Shown in pieces: positions 49,999 through 60,382 of a DNA stretch of 64,000 nt. Position 1 is the stretch's first letter. The number at the start of each line of letters is the position of its first letter. This DNA is from Vulcanimicrobiota bacterium. Its GTDB lineage: Bacteria > Vulcanimicrobiota > Vulcanimicrobiia > Vulcanimicrobiales > Vulcanimicrobiaceae. Position numbers and translations under genes: made by a program. The stretch spans positions 320,001 through 384,000 of the forward strand of contig CAWCIZ010000001.1 in assembly GCA_963795855.1 (NCBI GenBank). The letters are read 5' to 3'. The notes beneath the pieces are model-generated. The model was given only the letters and a program-made list of their open reading frames with translations, did not search any database and was not told the DNA's origin.

Positions 49999-52116
49999 AT
50001 GCAGCGTTCATTTCGTTTCGGCGTCGCAACCGCGGACCATCAGTGCGAAGCCTACAACGGACAAGACGACATTCGCGACGTGTGGGAACGCGTTCGGGGT
50101 CTGACGCAACGCGGCCGCGCCACCGACTTCTGGAACCGCTACCGCGAAGACGTCGACCTCGCCAAAGGTCTTGGATGCACCGCGTTTCGCCTTTCGCTTT
50201 CGTGGGCGCGCCTCGAACCGCAGGCCGGCGTGTGGGACGACGATGCGTTCGAGCATTACCGCGCCGTGCTGCAATACATGCGCGATTCAGGCATGATGAC
50301 GGTCGTGACGCTGCACCACAATACGTGGCCGCTGCACGTCCAGGCAGCCGGAAACGGCGCGGGGATGCTGGACGAGGAGTTCCCGCATCGCATGGAACTC
50401 TATGCCGAGCAGATCGCGCGGCGGCTGGGCGATCTCATCGATCACTACGTGACGATAAACGAGCCCAATCAACTCGTCTACGGGTTCATCAAAGGTTTTT
50501 GGATGCGCGCCTACCCGATGCCGCCGGGACTGCCGCCATTCGCCAGCTCCGAAGAGCAGATGGACGCCGTGCTTCGTTTGATTCCGAATCTGTTTCGTTC
50601 CCACGCACGCATGCGCGCGGCGATTCAGCGCCTGCGGCCCGGCGCGATGGTCGGAGCGAATCCGCTCATTCTCGGCTTGCCGCGCTGGCTGCAGCACATG
50701 ATCGATCGGAATGCCACACGCTTGAAAACTCCCGCGCATGCGCGCATGCAGGCGCGGCGTCTGGCGCAGCGCTCGCTGATCGATTCAGGCGCCGTCGACG
50801 TCTCGCTCGCGCAGCTCACGATGACGCACGAACGCATGCAGCACGTGCTGTTTTCCGAAGCGTATCTCGTCGCACATCCGGCCGTGCTGCACGATGCGTC
50901 GGTTGCGCTGCCCCAATCGTTCGATGCCTGGAGAGGCCGCGTCGGCGTTTTACGAGACGCGCCGATGGCGCAGCAGGCCGCGGGTTTTTTTCCGGATGCG
51001 GCGATCGCGTTCTATCCCGACGCCGGGCACGCGGTCGACGCGCTCGTTCGAGGCGAGTGCGACGTGATTTTCGACGACGACGTCATTCTGCGCCAGCACG
51101 CGAACGGAAAACTGACGTTGACGCCGATACCGGGCAACGAGCAGCCGTTTTGCGCGGCAATGGCGCTGGGCAGCCGCGCGCTGCTCAACGCGGTCGACCG
51201 CGCGCTGCGCGCGTTCAAACGGCAGCATCCGGATTTGCCCACAACGCACAACCGGAAAACCGTCGCCGACATCGGTGCGGCATCGGAACCGGCCGGCGCC
51301 GTGCCCGATCTCGACGACTCGCTGAAGAAGATCCGAAAGCGCGGCGTGCTGCGCGCAGGCATTTATCCCGGCGTCGAAGGGTTGTGCATGGCCGACGGCA
51401 AGGGCGGCTATAGGGGACTCGAACCGGATCTTGCCCGCGCAATCGCGCGCGAGGTGTTGGCAACGCCGGACGCGCGGGTCGAATTCGTTCCGCTTACGCG
51501 CGCCAAGCGCCTTACGGCAACACGCTCTCCGCTGCGCGCGTTCGACAACGTGCGAAAAGCATTTGCGATGTTCGGCACGCTCGTAGGCACGAACTGGTGG
51601 AATCTGGGGATGGCCGGGAAGCTGCCGCAGTTCCTTTGTCCGCCGGAATGCGCGGGAACGCTCGACTACGTCGGACTGGATTATTACTGGGGCGTTCCAT
51701 CGATTCGTCCGGGGCAGATCCAGCGGCTGCTGTCGGCGGCTGAATCGCGGTACGGCAACGCGCCGGTATGGCCGAACGAATTGGAGAGCATCCTCGAAGA
51801 AGCGCAAGAGCAATTTCCGGGCAAGCCGATCGTCGTCATCGAAAACGGCTGCGTCACCAGCGCGGACGGTTTCACGCGCGCGCAATATCTGGATGCGCAC
51901 GTCAAACAGGTGGATCGCGCACTCGAAAAGGGGCTGCCGATCGAAGCCTATCTGTGCTGGAGCATCACGTCAAACCGCGAGTGGGGCCTGCAGTTCGACG
52001 ACAACAGCGACTTCGGGCTCTATCACATCGACTTGGATCGCGATCCCGAGCTTCGGCGCGTGCCTACCGAAGCCAGCGCGCGCTACGCGGAAATCATCGC
52101 GGCTCACGACGGCTAG
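49999..52116 (+). CDS. GH1 glycoside hydrolase with inserted circularly permuted SBP family 3 domain
   Basis: FGVATADHQ, TINEP (acid/base), IENG (nucleophile), WSITSNREW; insert at about 50773-51530. Confidence 0.88.
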   Translation: MQRSFRFGVATADHQCEAYNGQDDIRDVWERVRGLTQRGRATDFWNRYREDVDLAKGLGCTAFRLSLSWARLEPQAGVWDDDAFEHYRAVLQYMRDSGMMTVVTLHHNTWPLHVQAAGNGAGMLDEEFPHRMELYAEQIARRLGDLIDHYVTINEPNQLVYGFIKGFWMRAYPMPPGLPPFASSEEQMDAVLRLIPNLFRSHARMRAAIQRLRPGAMVGANPLILGLPRWLQHMIDRNATRLKTPAHARMQARRLAQRSLIDSGAVDVSLAQLTMTHERMQHVLFSEAYLVAHPAVLHDASVALPQSFDAWRGRVGVLRDAPMAQQAAGFFPDAAIAFYPDAGHAVDALVRGECDVIFDDDVILRQHANGKLTLTPIPGNEQPFCAAMALGSRALLNAVDRALRAFKRQHPDLPTTHNRKTVADIGAASEPAGAVPDLDDSLKKIRKRGVLRAGIYPGVEGLCMADGKGGYRGLEPDLARAIAREVLATPDARVEFVPLTRAKRLTATRSPLRAFDNVRKAFAMFGTLVGTNWWNLGMAGKLPQFLCPPECAGTLDYVGLDYYWGVPSIRPGQIQRLLSAAESRYGNAPVWPNELESILEEAQEQFPGKPIVVIENGCVTSADGFTRAQYLDAHVKQVDRALEKGLPIEAYLCWSITSNREWGLQFDDNSDFGLYHIDLDRDPELRRVPTEASARYAEIIAAHDG

Positions 52117-53555
52117 TTGCCGTCGGGTTTCGCCATGCACGGCGCCATAACGGCGTCCGTCATGCCGTGGATCAGCCGTTTGTCCGCCGGCGCGACGGTC
52201 GCGAGAACTCCGCCGACGTGCACGGTTTCGCCGGTGACGAAATAGTACGGGCACAGCCGCACGCGCCCGTCGAACGTGCGAATTTCATCGTGCTCGGGAT
52301 CGTAGTATTCCTGGCGGACGCGCTTGCCTTTGTGGAACCGCTGTAGGATGCGCGGCGTTTTCTCGTACTCGCCCGTCGCTTCCCGAAGCGTCGCAATCCA
52401 TTCGTCTTTGGTGAGATCGTTCGCGACGCGAACGCCGCGCGACCCCCATGCGAGCTCGGAGAAGCCGGAAGGTTTGACGACGTAGTCGCGCTCGCTCTTG
52501 CCCAAATCGGCGAGCTGCATCCAATCGGACACCGGTGCTCCGCCCGCTTCGAGACCGCCGATCACGCCTTGCGGCGGAAGCGGACGCGGATCGATCACCC
52601 AAGTCTGCGGAAACAACTGCTGCAGCCGCGCGTAGATCGCTCTGCCATCCTTGCCGAGTTCGGATTCCCAAAGTTTTCGCAGCGCCGAGTGATGGAATAG
52701 CGCGAAGCTCAATTTCTCCTCGAGCTGTGCTTTCGGCGGCGGCGTCATCTCGACGCGTTTGTGGCGTGCCGCGTACAGCATCAATTCCTGTTTCGGAACG
52801 TTCAGCAGATCGAAAAGTTCGAAGTTGCGGTAGATCGCATCGATCTTTTCTTCGCGGCCGCCCTCGAAGCGGACGAAAAGCGCGTCTTCGGTGAAGACGA
52901 TGTCTTGCGGTTTGCACACGTACGCGCTCAGGACGTTCAGCTTGCGCAGCGACTCCGCAAGCCATTGCAGTTCGGGACGGTAGTCGCCGGATTCGTCCGA
53001 AACGACGATCGCGACGGCGGAACGTTTTTTACCGGTCGCCGCGTCGAGCATCGCTCCGAATTGTTTCGGAATCCCGTCGGCTCCGCCGACGCTCTCCATG
53101 CCCAAACGGCAATACGCTTGCGTCATCGCGCCGACGAAGCCCATGCCGCCGGGAACGCTGTCGAGTTCGCTCGCGATGAATCCGCCGTCGGTGAGAATCA
53201 AGTCGGGACGCATGATGCCCGGAAGTTCTTGCTTGAACCGGTTCTGCCGGGAGAGACGCACGATGTGCTCGGGTTTGCCCTGATCTAAATACTCCGCGAT
53301 GAACGCCGGGGCCGAGCCGCGCGCGCTGCGGTTGTACAGTGCGTTGAGCGCCCGGTAGAACGCGAGCAGGTCGTTGCCGACGCCGGTGATTTTTTGGATG
53401 GTCGCATCGGACAATGCAAACGGCTCGGGGCTGACGCGCCAGGGGATCCGTTCGTCCAGGTTCTCCACCTTGAAGAGACCGGGCGGGATCGCTTCGTAGA
53501 GGAAGCGCGCTTGCTCACGAGCCGTGAGGTTGGGGGCGAAAGCCGAACAGGCCAT
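52113..53555 (-). CDS. glutathionylspermidine-synthase-like ATP-grasp protein
   Basis: MRPDLIL...ELDSVPGG, IYRNFE, VVKPSG...WGSRGV, ILQRF, RVRLCPY; start uncertain. Confidence 0.65.
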   Translation of the reverse strand: MACSAFAPNLTAREQARFLYEAIPPGLFKVENLDERIPWRVSPEPFALSDATIQKITGVGNDLLAFYRALNALYNRSARGSAPAFIAEYLDQGKPEHIVRLSRQNRFKQELPGIMRPDLILTDGGFIASELDSVPGGMGFVGAMTQAYCRLGMESVGGADGIPKQFGAMLDAATGKKRSAVAIVVSDESGDYRPELQWLAESLRKLNVLSAYVCKPQDIVFTEDALFVRFEGGREEKIDAIYRNFELFDLLNVPKQELMLYAARHKRVEMTPPPKAQLEEKLSFALFHHSALRKLWESELGKDGRAIYARLQQLFPQTWVIDPRPLPPQGVIGGLEAGGAPVSDWMQLADLGKSERDYVVKPSGFSELAWGSRGVRVANDLTKDEWIATLREATGEYEKTPRILQRFHKGKRVRQEYYDPEHDEIRTFDGRVRLCPYYFVTGETVHVGGVLATVAPADKRLIHGMTDAVMAPCMAKPDGN

Positions 53556-53786
53556 TGAAAAGCTACAATCCTCCCAGTCGATAGCGACCATGGATGGCCG
53601 CACGCCGGGCGCGACGGGAAGTCGCACCGGCCGGCCAACCGTCGGGGATTTTTGACATGCCGAAGGCGATGTATCGGCGCCGCATCAGCCCCTAGAATAC
53701 CCCAAATGGCGTCGAAGTTGCAGCTTGCTCCGCCCGGCAATGCCCTACAAAAAAATGAGCCGTCCAGCCTAAGGTGAACCTAAAAT

Positions 53787-53802
53787 AATGACGTAAGTCA
53801 TT
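53787..53802. promoter_or_regulatory. palindromic operator-like site AATGAC-N4-GTCATT
   Basis: perfect 6-bp inverted repeat in an AT-rich divergent intergenic region, just before the GGAGG RBS of 53820. Confidence 0.45.
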
Positions 53803-53819
53803 TTTGGAGGTACCACCAC

Positions 53820-54323
53820 ATGACCAAGTTAGCGATCGCCGCGGCGGTATGCGTAGCGTTCTTTGCCGGCATGCTGACGCCGCATACGTTCGCAGCAGTG
53901 AGCGCCGCACCGGTTTCCGCCGTCTCGCCGGCTCAGGGATGGAACCTGCACATCGACGCGGAGAAGCATTTTGATGCCCACCCGGCTGAGATCGCGCACC
54001 ACTGGTGCAAAGCCGTCGCAGATTCGATGTTGGAATGCCAGATTTACGACAGCGACGCACCCAACGCGCACCTCGTGGCCGTCGAAACGATTGTGAATCC
54101 GGCCGCGTATCGAAGCTTCCCGGCCGAGGAACAGGCGCTGTGGCACTACCACAAGACGGAAATCCCGAAGGTCAATGCCACCCTTCCCGGCCTCTCGCCG
54201 GCACAGCAGAAACAGGTCGTCGAGCAGATCAGCGACACGTATGGGAAGATTTGGCTGCTCTACGACCCGCTCGCTACCGGCGGAATGCCCACCGGACGGC
54301 CGACGGTAACGGTCCTGAAGTAG
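53820..54323 (+). CDS. DUF1264/OBAP-family secreted protein
   Basis: AHHWC, CQIYDSD, LVAVE, LWHYHKTE, TYGKIW. Confidence 0.8.
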   Translation: MTKLAIAAAVCVAFFAGMLTPHTFAAVSAAPVSAVSPAQGWNLHIDAEKHFDAHPAEIAHHWCKAVADSMLECQIYDSDAPNAHLVAVETIVNPAAYRSFPAEEQALWHYHKTEIPKVNATLPGLSPAQQKQVVEQISDTYGKIWLLYDPLATGGMPTGRPTVTVLK

Positions 54324-54326
54324 CTC

Positions 54327-54719
54327 CTACTTCACCGTAATGGCGCCCGGCGTGAGCATGGCGCTGTCGACGCGCACCGTTCCGCCCTGCAAAAGCAGGG
54401 TCAGGTGCAGCACGCCCTGCATTCCGAGGCGCTCGAGCGGCAGATCTTGGATGGTGCGCGACGCCTCTTCGCCGGCGATGAATTGCAGCGTTGCGTCCTG
54501 ACTGACGGACCCGTGCGCCGTGGAGAACCGCTCGCTGACCCGGATCGGTAAATCGCGGCCTGGAGCCGCCGTGGCGGCGCCGGAAACGCAGTATGTCGCG
54601 GCCAGCGGCGTACCGCGGACGTTCAGCGTCTCGTGCGTGCAACGCACTGCGGGCTGCGCCTGCGCGGCGCCTCCGAGGGACAAGGCAAGCGCGGTTGCCA
54701 GGGCTATTCGGCGCTCCAT
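54327..54719 (-). CDS. secreted hypothetical protein
   Basis: signal peptide, 130 aa. Confidence 0.65.
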   Translation of the reverse strand: MERRIALATALALSLGGAAQAQPAVRCTHETLNVRGTPLAATYCVSGAATAAPGRDLPIRVSERFSTAHGSVSQDATLQFIAGEEASRTIQDLPLERLGMQGVLHLTLLLQGGTVRVDSAMLTPGAITVK

Positions 54720-54834
54720 GTTCTTATAACGTTACGCACGGGACTTTTGACTCCCGCCGGTCGTTCTGCCGACATAGTAAGAGTAGACACTCTTGCGGAC
54801 GCGCGGATTTGACGCGGGGTATACCATGTACGTG

Positions 54835-55650
54835 ATGCCTTTTGACCTCATTGCACTCGATCTCGACGGCACGCTCCTGAATTCACGCGAAGACATTTCG
54901 CCGCGCAACCGCCGCGCAATCCGTGCGGCGCTGGATGCCGGCATTCGCATCGTGCTCGTCACCGGTCGAGGCGTCGATACACCCATCCGCATCAGCAAAG
55001 AGCTGGGCTTGAATTTGCCGATCATCTGCGCGCACGGCGCGCTCACCAAAGATTTTTTGGCGAACAAGACGCTCGGCCACGTGCCGGTCCCGCTGCAATA
55101 CGCCAAACCGATGGTCGAATTCGCCGAGCGTAACGGCCTGTCGATCGCGCTGTATTCCGAAGAGTTCTTTTACCGGCTCGAAGGCTCGAGGCTGTACATG
55201 GACGACATGACCGGCCCCGCATGGCGGGAGGTCAAAACGTTTGAAGACGTCATGCGCGCCGCGCCGACGTTCGTCCGCTTTCTCGGCAAGGAATCCGTCG
55301 AAGCGATGCAGCGCGAGTTCGGCGATTTGCCGCTGCATTTCAAGATCGAGCATTGGCTCGATTTCGTCGAATGCGCCGTCACGAGCCGCGATGCCACCAA
55401 ACAGCGCGCGCTCGCGCGGCTTTGCGCCGACTTCCAAATTCCGGCGGAGCGCGTGCTCGCAGTAGGCGATTCGCGCAACGACGTGCCGATGCTGCGCTGG
55501 GCGGGCATGGGCATTGCGATGGGCAACGCGCTCCCGGAAGTGCGTCAGTCGGTGGGCCACCTCACGGCTACGAACGACGAGGACGGCGTGGCGCTGGCGC
55601 TGGAGCGGTTCGCGCTTCCGCCGCCGCGCATGCAGAAGAAACCCGCCTAG
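54835..55650 (+). CDS. Cof-type HAD-IIB hydrolase
   Basis: LDLDGTLL, VTGR, VGDSRNDVPM, AMGNA, NDEDGV. Confidence 0.93.
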   Translation: MPFDLIALDLDGTLLNSREDISPRNRRAIRAALDAGIRIVLVTGRGVDTPIRISKELGLNLPIICAHGALTKDFLANKTLGHVPVPLQYAKPMVEFAERNGLSIALYSEEFFYRLEGSRLYMDDMTGPAWREVKTFEDVMRAAPTFVRFLGKESVEAMQREFGDLPLHFKIEHWLDFVECAVTSRDATKQRALARLCADFQIPAERVLAVGDSRNDVPMLRWAGMGIAMGNALPEVRQSVGHLTATNDEDGVALALERFALPPPRMQKKPA

Positions 55651-55652
55651 CA

Positions 55653-55910
55653 GTGAATCAACCCCCGCCCAGTCCGGAATACGAAGCGCGGCTGCGCGCG
55701 ATACTGACCGATCGCGACTGGGAAGCGCTGCGCGAATTTTCACGCGAGCAAAATCAAATCCCCGACGACATCTACAACAAGGACCGGCACTTTTGGGAAG
55801 TGCTGATGCATAAACTGATCTGCAATCGCATCGATACGCTGGGATTGCAGGAAAGTTCGCGCCAATGGCTGGCGGACAACGGGTACACCGCGGACCTGGG
55901 AGACGTGTAG
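55653..55910 (+). CDS. small hypothetical protein
   Basis: 85 aa, tightly packed between operon neighbours. Confidence 0.6.
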   Translation: MNQPPPSPEYEARLRAILTDRDWEALREFSREQNQIPDDIYNKDRHFWEVLMHKLICNRIDTLGLQESSRQWLADNGYTADLGDV

Positions 55911-56159
55911 ATGCTCGTGCGGGTACTCGCATTCGCGCGCATGCGCGAACTGCTCGGAGGCGCGTCGCACGACCTGCAGATCGAGGACGGTGCGACGGTC
56001 GCGGACGTGTGGGATGCGCTTGCCGCAGGCCACGACGCGATCGTACCGCTGATCGGCTCTACCCGCATCGCGCGCAACGGGCGCGTCGTCACGGATTCCA
56101 GCGAACTGGTGCGCGACGGCGACGAGCTCTCGCTCTTGCCGCCGGTCGGCGGCGGCTGA
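55911..56159 (+). CDS. moaD: molybdopterin synthase sulfur carrier subunit
   Basis: FARMRELLG...DGDELSLLPPVGGG. Confidence 0.9.
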   Translation: MLVRVLAFARMRELLGGASHDLQIEDGATVADVWDALAAGHDAIVPLIGSTRIARNGRVVTDSSELVRDGDELSLLPPVGGG

Positions 56160-56599
56160 TGTTCGAGATTACCGCCGGCGCGATCGATGCGGCTTCCGTA
56201 GAGCAGCGGGTTCGTTCGCGGGCGAACGGAGCCGTGGTAACCTTCTCGGGTATCGTGCGCGAAAAATCGGACGACGACCGGCTCGTTACGGGACTTTCGT
56301 ACGAGGCGCATGCGTCGATGGCCACTGAGGAATTTGCGCGGATCGCGGACGAAGCGCGGGAGCGTTTCGGCGCATGCGACGTTGCGGTCGTGCATCGCAC
56401 CGGCGACTTGCAGGTCGGTGAAATCGCCGTGGTTGTTGCCGTTGCCGCGGCGCACCGCGCAGCAGCGTTCGACGCATGCGAATACGTCATCGACGAACTC
56501 AAACGCCGAGCGCCGATTTGGAAGAAGGAACGGTACGCCGACGGCGGCGCGGGTGTTTGGAAGTCGAATGAATGTAACGCTGCATCGCATCAGCGCTGA
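56159..56599 (+). CDS. moaE: molybdopterin synthase catalytic subunit
   Basis: GAVVTFSGIVR, LSYEA, HRTGDL, AHR, ELKRRAPIWKKE. Confidence 0.93.
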   Translation: MFEITAGAIDAASVEQRVRSRANGAVVTFSGIVREKSDDDRLVTGLSYEAHASMATEEFARIADEARERFGACDVAVVHRTGDLQVGEIAVVVAVAAAHRAAAFDACEYVIDELKRRAPIWKKERYADGGAGVWKSNECNAASHQR

Positions 56600-57284
56600 G
56601 AACAATCCGGTCGCGATACTCGAATACGAGCCGCGGCGTTCGCGCGGCGTTACGGTCGTCGCGGGCCACGGCTACTCGAGTTCCAAACACAATTTGGATT
56701 TTCTCTGCAATTTTTTAGCCGGCCACGGGTACGCGCTTTTCAGTCTGGATTTTCCCGGACACAAACTCGGCGCCGGCGGCGGAACGCTTCGCGGAATCGA
56801 GGACTTGACCGATGCGATGGGCGCGGCCGTCGCGTTCGCACGGTCGCATACCGATGGGCCGCTGTACGTCATGGGACACAGCATGGGCGCGATGACGGCG
56901 CTGTTCACGGCGGCCGCGGATTCCTCGATCGCCGGAACGATTGCGATTACGACCGGCTACGGCCGGCCGAGCGCCATAGACGCGTTGCGGGGAAAGGGCG
57001 TTACGGATTTTCGCTCGGCGTACGTCGACGGTGTCGCACTTCCGGAATTGGTCGAAGGCGTGGACGAACGTTTCGCGCAGGCGCTGCCGCGTTTGGCTGG
57101 GCGCCCGCAGCTGTACGTTGCCGCGCAGCGCGACGCGATGGTCAGCCGGCGCAGCGTCGAAGACCTCTATCACCGTGCGCCCGAACCGAAAACTTTCGTG
57201 CTCATCGACAGCGATCATACGTACGCCGGCGACAACGCGCGAGGCCAAGTGCTGCAATGGCTGAACGGCTTGCATCCCCGCTGA
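56568..57284 (+). CDS. alpha/beta hydrolase
   Basis: HGY, GHSMG nucleophile elbow, C-terminal Asp and His (SDH). Confidence 0.85.
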   Translation: MNVTLHRISAENNPVAILEYEPRRSRGVTVVAGHGYSSSKHNLDFLCNFLAGHGYALFSLDFPGHKLGAGGGTLRGIEDLTDAMGAAVAFARSHTDGPLYVMGHSMGAMTALFTAAADSSIAGTIAITTGYGRPSAIDALRGKGVTDFRSAYVDGVALPELVEGVDERFAQALPRLAGRPQLYVAAQRDAMVSRRSVEDLYHRAPEPKTFVLIDSDHTYAGDNARGQVLQWLNGLHPR

Positions 57285-58377
57285 TCGCGGGACTTCGACG
57301 GTACAGCAGGCACCTGCTCATTCCGGAAGTCGGCGTTGCGGGACAAGAGCGGCTCGCGTCCGCGCGGGTGCTCTGCATCGGCGCGGGCGGATTGGGCTCG
57401 CCGGTGCTGCAGTACTTGGCGGCCGCGGGAGTCGGGCGTATCGGCGTCATGGATGACGACGCCGTAGACGAAAGCAATCTCCAGCGCCAGACGATATTCG
57501 CAACCTCGGACGTCGGCAAGCCGAAAGCGCAAGTCGCCGCGCAGCGCGTGCGCGAGATCAACCCTTTGGTTGCCGCGGATCCCATTCAGCTCGATTCGAC
57601 GCGGCGAATGCGCGCGAACTCGTGCGGTTGTACGACGTCGTCGTCGACTGCACGGATCGTTTCGAAACGCGATATCTCGTCAATGACGCATGTGCGCTCG
57701 AAGATACGCCCGACGTCTATGGATCGATCTTCCGGTTCGACGGCCAAGTCAGCGTTTTCGCGCGCGGCCGCGGGCCATGTTACCGCTGTTTATTTCCGCA
57801 GGCGCCGCCCGCCGGCACGGTGCCGACGTGCGCCGAAGGCGGCGTTCTCGGCGTTTTGGCCGGCATCGTCGGCACCATGCAGGCGAATGAAGCGCTCAAA
57901 CTGGTGCTGGGTATCGGCGAACCGCTCATCGGGCGACTGCTGCTGGTCGACGCACTCGGCGCGCGAATGCGCGAGGTCACGATCGAGCGCGATCCGGCGT
58001 GTCCGCTCTGCGGAACGCAGGCGTCCATCACCAGCGTCGTAGCGGAGCCGGCGGAAGATGAACCTTCCGACGTGGATGAGATCGAGGCCGCACTGCTCGA
58101 CGACGTCTTGCGCGACGCGGTGCTTCTCGACGTGCGTGAACCGCACGAAGCCGCGCTCGGCACGGTGGAACGGTCGGTGCACATTCCCGCCTCGCAGCTT
58201 CCCGGGCGGCTGCACGAATTGAACTCCGCTAACCGGTACGTCGTCGCGTGCCGCGTCGGACAAAAATCGCTCTGGGCAGCCCGCTTGCTGCGCGACGCGG
58301 GATTCCGGCGTATCCTGCACCTGCGCGGCGGATTGCTGGCGTATGCCGCGCAGCACGATGAATTCGCGTTCTTTTGA
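57257..58377 (+). CDS. moeB: MoeB/MoeZ adenylyltransferase with rhodanese domain, frameshift near 57595
   Basis: RYSRH, GAGGLGSP, SNLQRQ, PCYRCL, CAEGGVLG, LLDVREPHE. Confidence 0.92.
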
Positions 58378-58378
58378 G

Positions 58379-59227
58379 ATGCAAACCAAACCGTTCGGAC
58401 CCGGTCGCGTGGAAGTCGCGACGATCGGCCAAGGCACGTGGGATATTCCGGAAAGCGGTGCTCGGCGCTCGGAGGCGATTGCTGCGCTGCGGCGCGGGAT
58501 CGCGCTCGGACTCACGCACATCGACACCGCGGAAATGTACGGCAGCGGCGGCGCCGAGGAGATCGTCGGCGAAGCCATTGCCGGCATTCCGCGCGAATCG
58601 CTGTTCGTTACGAGCAAGGTGCTGCCGAGCAACGCGAGCTACAAAGGTACGCTCGAGGCCTGCGAGCGCTCTCTGCGCCGCATCGGCACGGCGTATCTCG
58701 ATCTCTACTTGCTGCACTGGCCGGGTTCGCATCCGCTCGAGGAAACGATGCGGGCTTTGGAAACGCTCGTCGAACAAGGCAAGGCGCGCTTCATCGGCGT
58801 GAGCAATTTCGACGTCGACGACGTGCGCGAGGCCCAGTCGTACCTGCGCACCGTTCCGCTCGCGAGCGACCAGGTGCTGTATCATCTGCGCGAGCGCGGA
58901 CCCGAAGCGCAACTGGTGCCGTACTGCGCGCGCGAACGCATCGCGCTGGTCGGATATACGCCGTTCGGCCGCGGACGATTTCCGCGAACGCAAGCGCAGC
59001 CTGACGGCGTGCTCGGGCGCGTCGCTGCCGCATGCGGCAAGACGGTCCGGCAAGTCATTTTGAATTTCCTCACGCGCGAACCGCATGCGTTCGCGATACC
59101 GAAAGCTTCCCGCGTCGAACATGTGGAAGAGAATGCCGGCGCGAGCGGGTGGACGCTGAGCGCAGAGCAAGCCGCAGCGATCGACGCTGCATTTCCGGTG
59201 CATGCGGGACCGCTCGCAAGCCTCTGA
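58379..59227 (+). CDS. aldo/keto reductase
   Basis: IGQGTW, IDTAEMYG, LDLYLLHWP, IGVSNF, IPKAS. Confidence 0.94.
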   Translation: MQTKPFGPGRVEVATIGQGTWDIPESGARRSEAIAALRRGIALGLTHIDTAEMYGSGGAEEIVGEAIAGIPRESLFVTSKVLPSNASYKGTLEACERSLRRIGTAYLDLYLLHWPGSHPLEETMRALETLVEQGKARFIGVSNFDVDDVREAQSYLRTVPLASDQVLYHLRERGPEAQLVPYCARERIALVGYTPFGRGRFPRTQAQPDGVLGRVAAACGKTVRQVILNFLTREPHAFAIPKASRVEHVEENAGASGWTLSAEQAAAIDAAFPVHAGPLASL

Positions 59228-60382
59228 TCCGGAGGCGATAAAACGTCTGGCATGCCGAGCCGCGATCGAACTCGGAGCGGCGGACGTGCGCGTGGCACCG
59301 GCGCATACGGATGAAACGGCGCGCCAAGCGATGCGCGCCGCGTTCGCTCGCGGCGACTTCACGACCTGGCGCTACGACGACGACTACGCGCGAAAAGCGT
59401 CTGCTCCGGAACACGTACTCGTAGGCGCGCGCAGCGTCATCTGCATTGCGATGCCCTATCGCACCGGCGAACCCGATCGCGCGCCGCTTTCGGGCCGCGT
59501 TTCGAACTATGCGTGGTCGGCCGATTATCACCGGCGCGTGAAAGCACTGCTCGCGGAAGTTGCGCGCCGCATCGACGAGGCCGCCGGCGCGAACGTTACG
59601 GCGATCGCGTGCGACACTAAGCCCCTTGCGGAGCGCGCTTTCGCTGCGCGCGCGGGACTCGGATGGGTCGGCAAACATACGAATCTCATCAATCCTCGAG
59701 CGGGCTCGTTCGTATTCTTGGGTGAGATCGTCACCACGATCGCGCTTGCGCCCGATACGCCGCTCAAGAAGTCTTGCGGGAGCTGCTCGCGTTGCGTCTC
59801 CGCGTGCCCGACCGGGGCGCTGCGCGGCGATTACACGATCGACGCGACGCGGTGTATCGCCGACCTCACGCAGCGCACCGATGCAATTCCGCGCGAGATG
59901 CGCGGACTCGTGGGGACGTGGGTGTGGGGCTGCGATCTCTGCCAAATCGCGTGCCCGCCGAACGATCGGCGCATCGGTTCGCGCCGGCGAAAGCAACCGG
60001 CCGCTCTGGGCGGACGCCGCGACGCCCTCGCTGATAAGCCTGCTCCGCCTGCGCAGCGGCGACTTCAAAAGGACGTACGCGAAAACGGCAATGGGTTGGC
60101 GCGGTGCCGCGGTTTTGCGCCGTAACGCCGCCGTCGCATTAGGCAATACGCTCGATCGCAGCGCCGTTCCGGCGCTTGTTCGCACAATAACCGAGGATCC
60201 GCATGCGATGGTGCGCGGGCACGCGGCATGGGCGCTCGGCCGCATCGGCGCGCAACGCTGCGATCGAGCGCTTGCGCGCAGCTCTGCAAATGGAACCGGA
60301 CGAGAGCGTCCGCTCCGAGATAAGGGCGGCGCTCGATGACGCCGGAACCACGCACGACGCGTGCGCGTTACAGCGGGTATGA
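59202..60382 (+). CDS. queG: epoxyqueuosine reductase, two frameshifts
   Basis: VSNYAWSADYH, AGLGWVGKH, CGSCSRCVSACPTGA, GCDLCQIACP, RRNAAVALGN HEAT tail; start uncertain. Confidence 0.92.
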
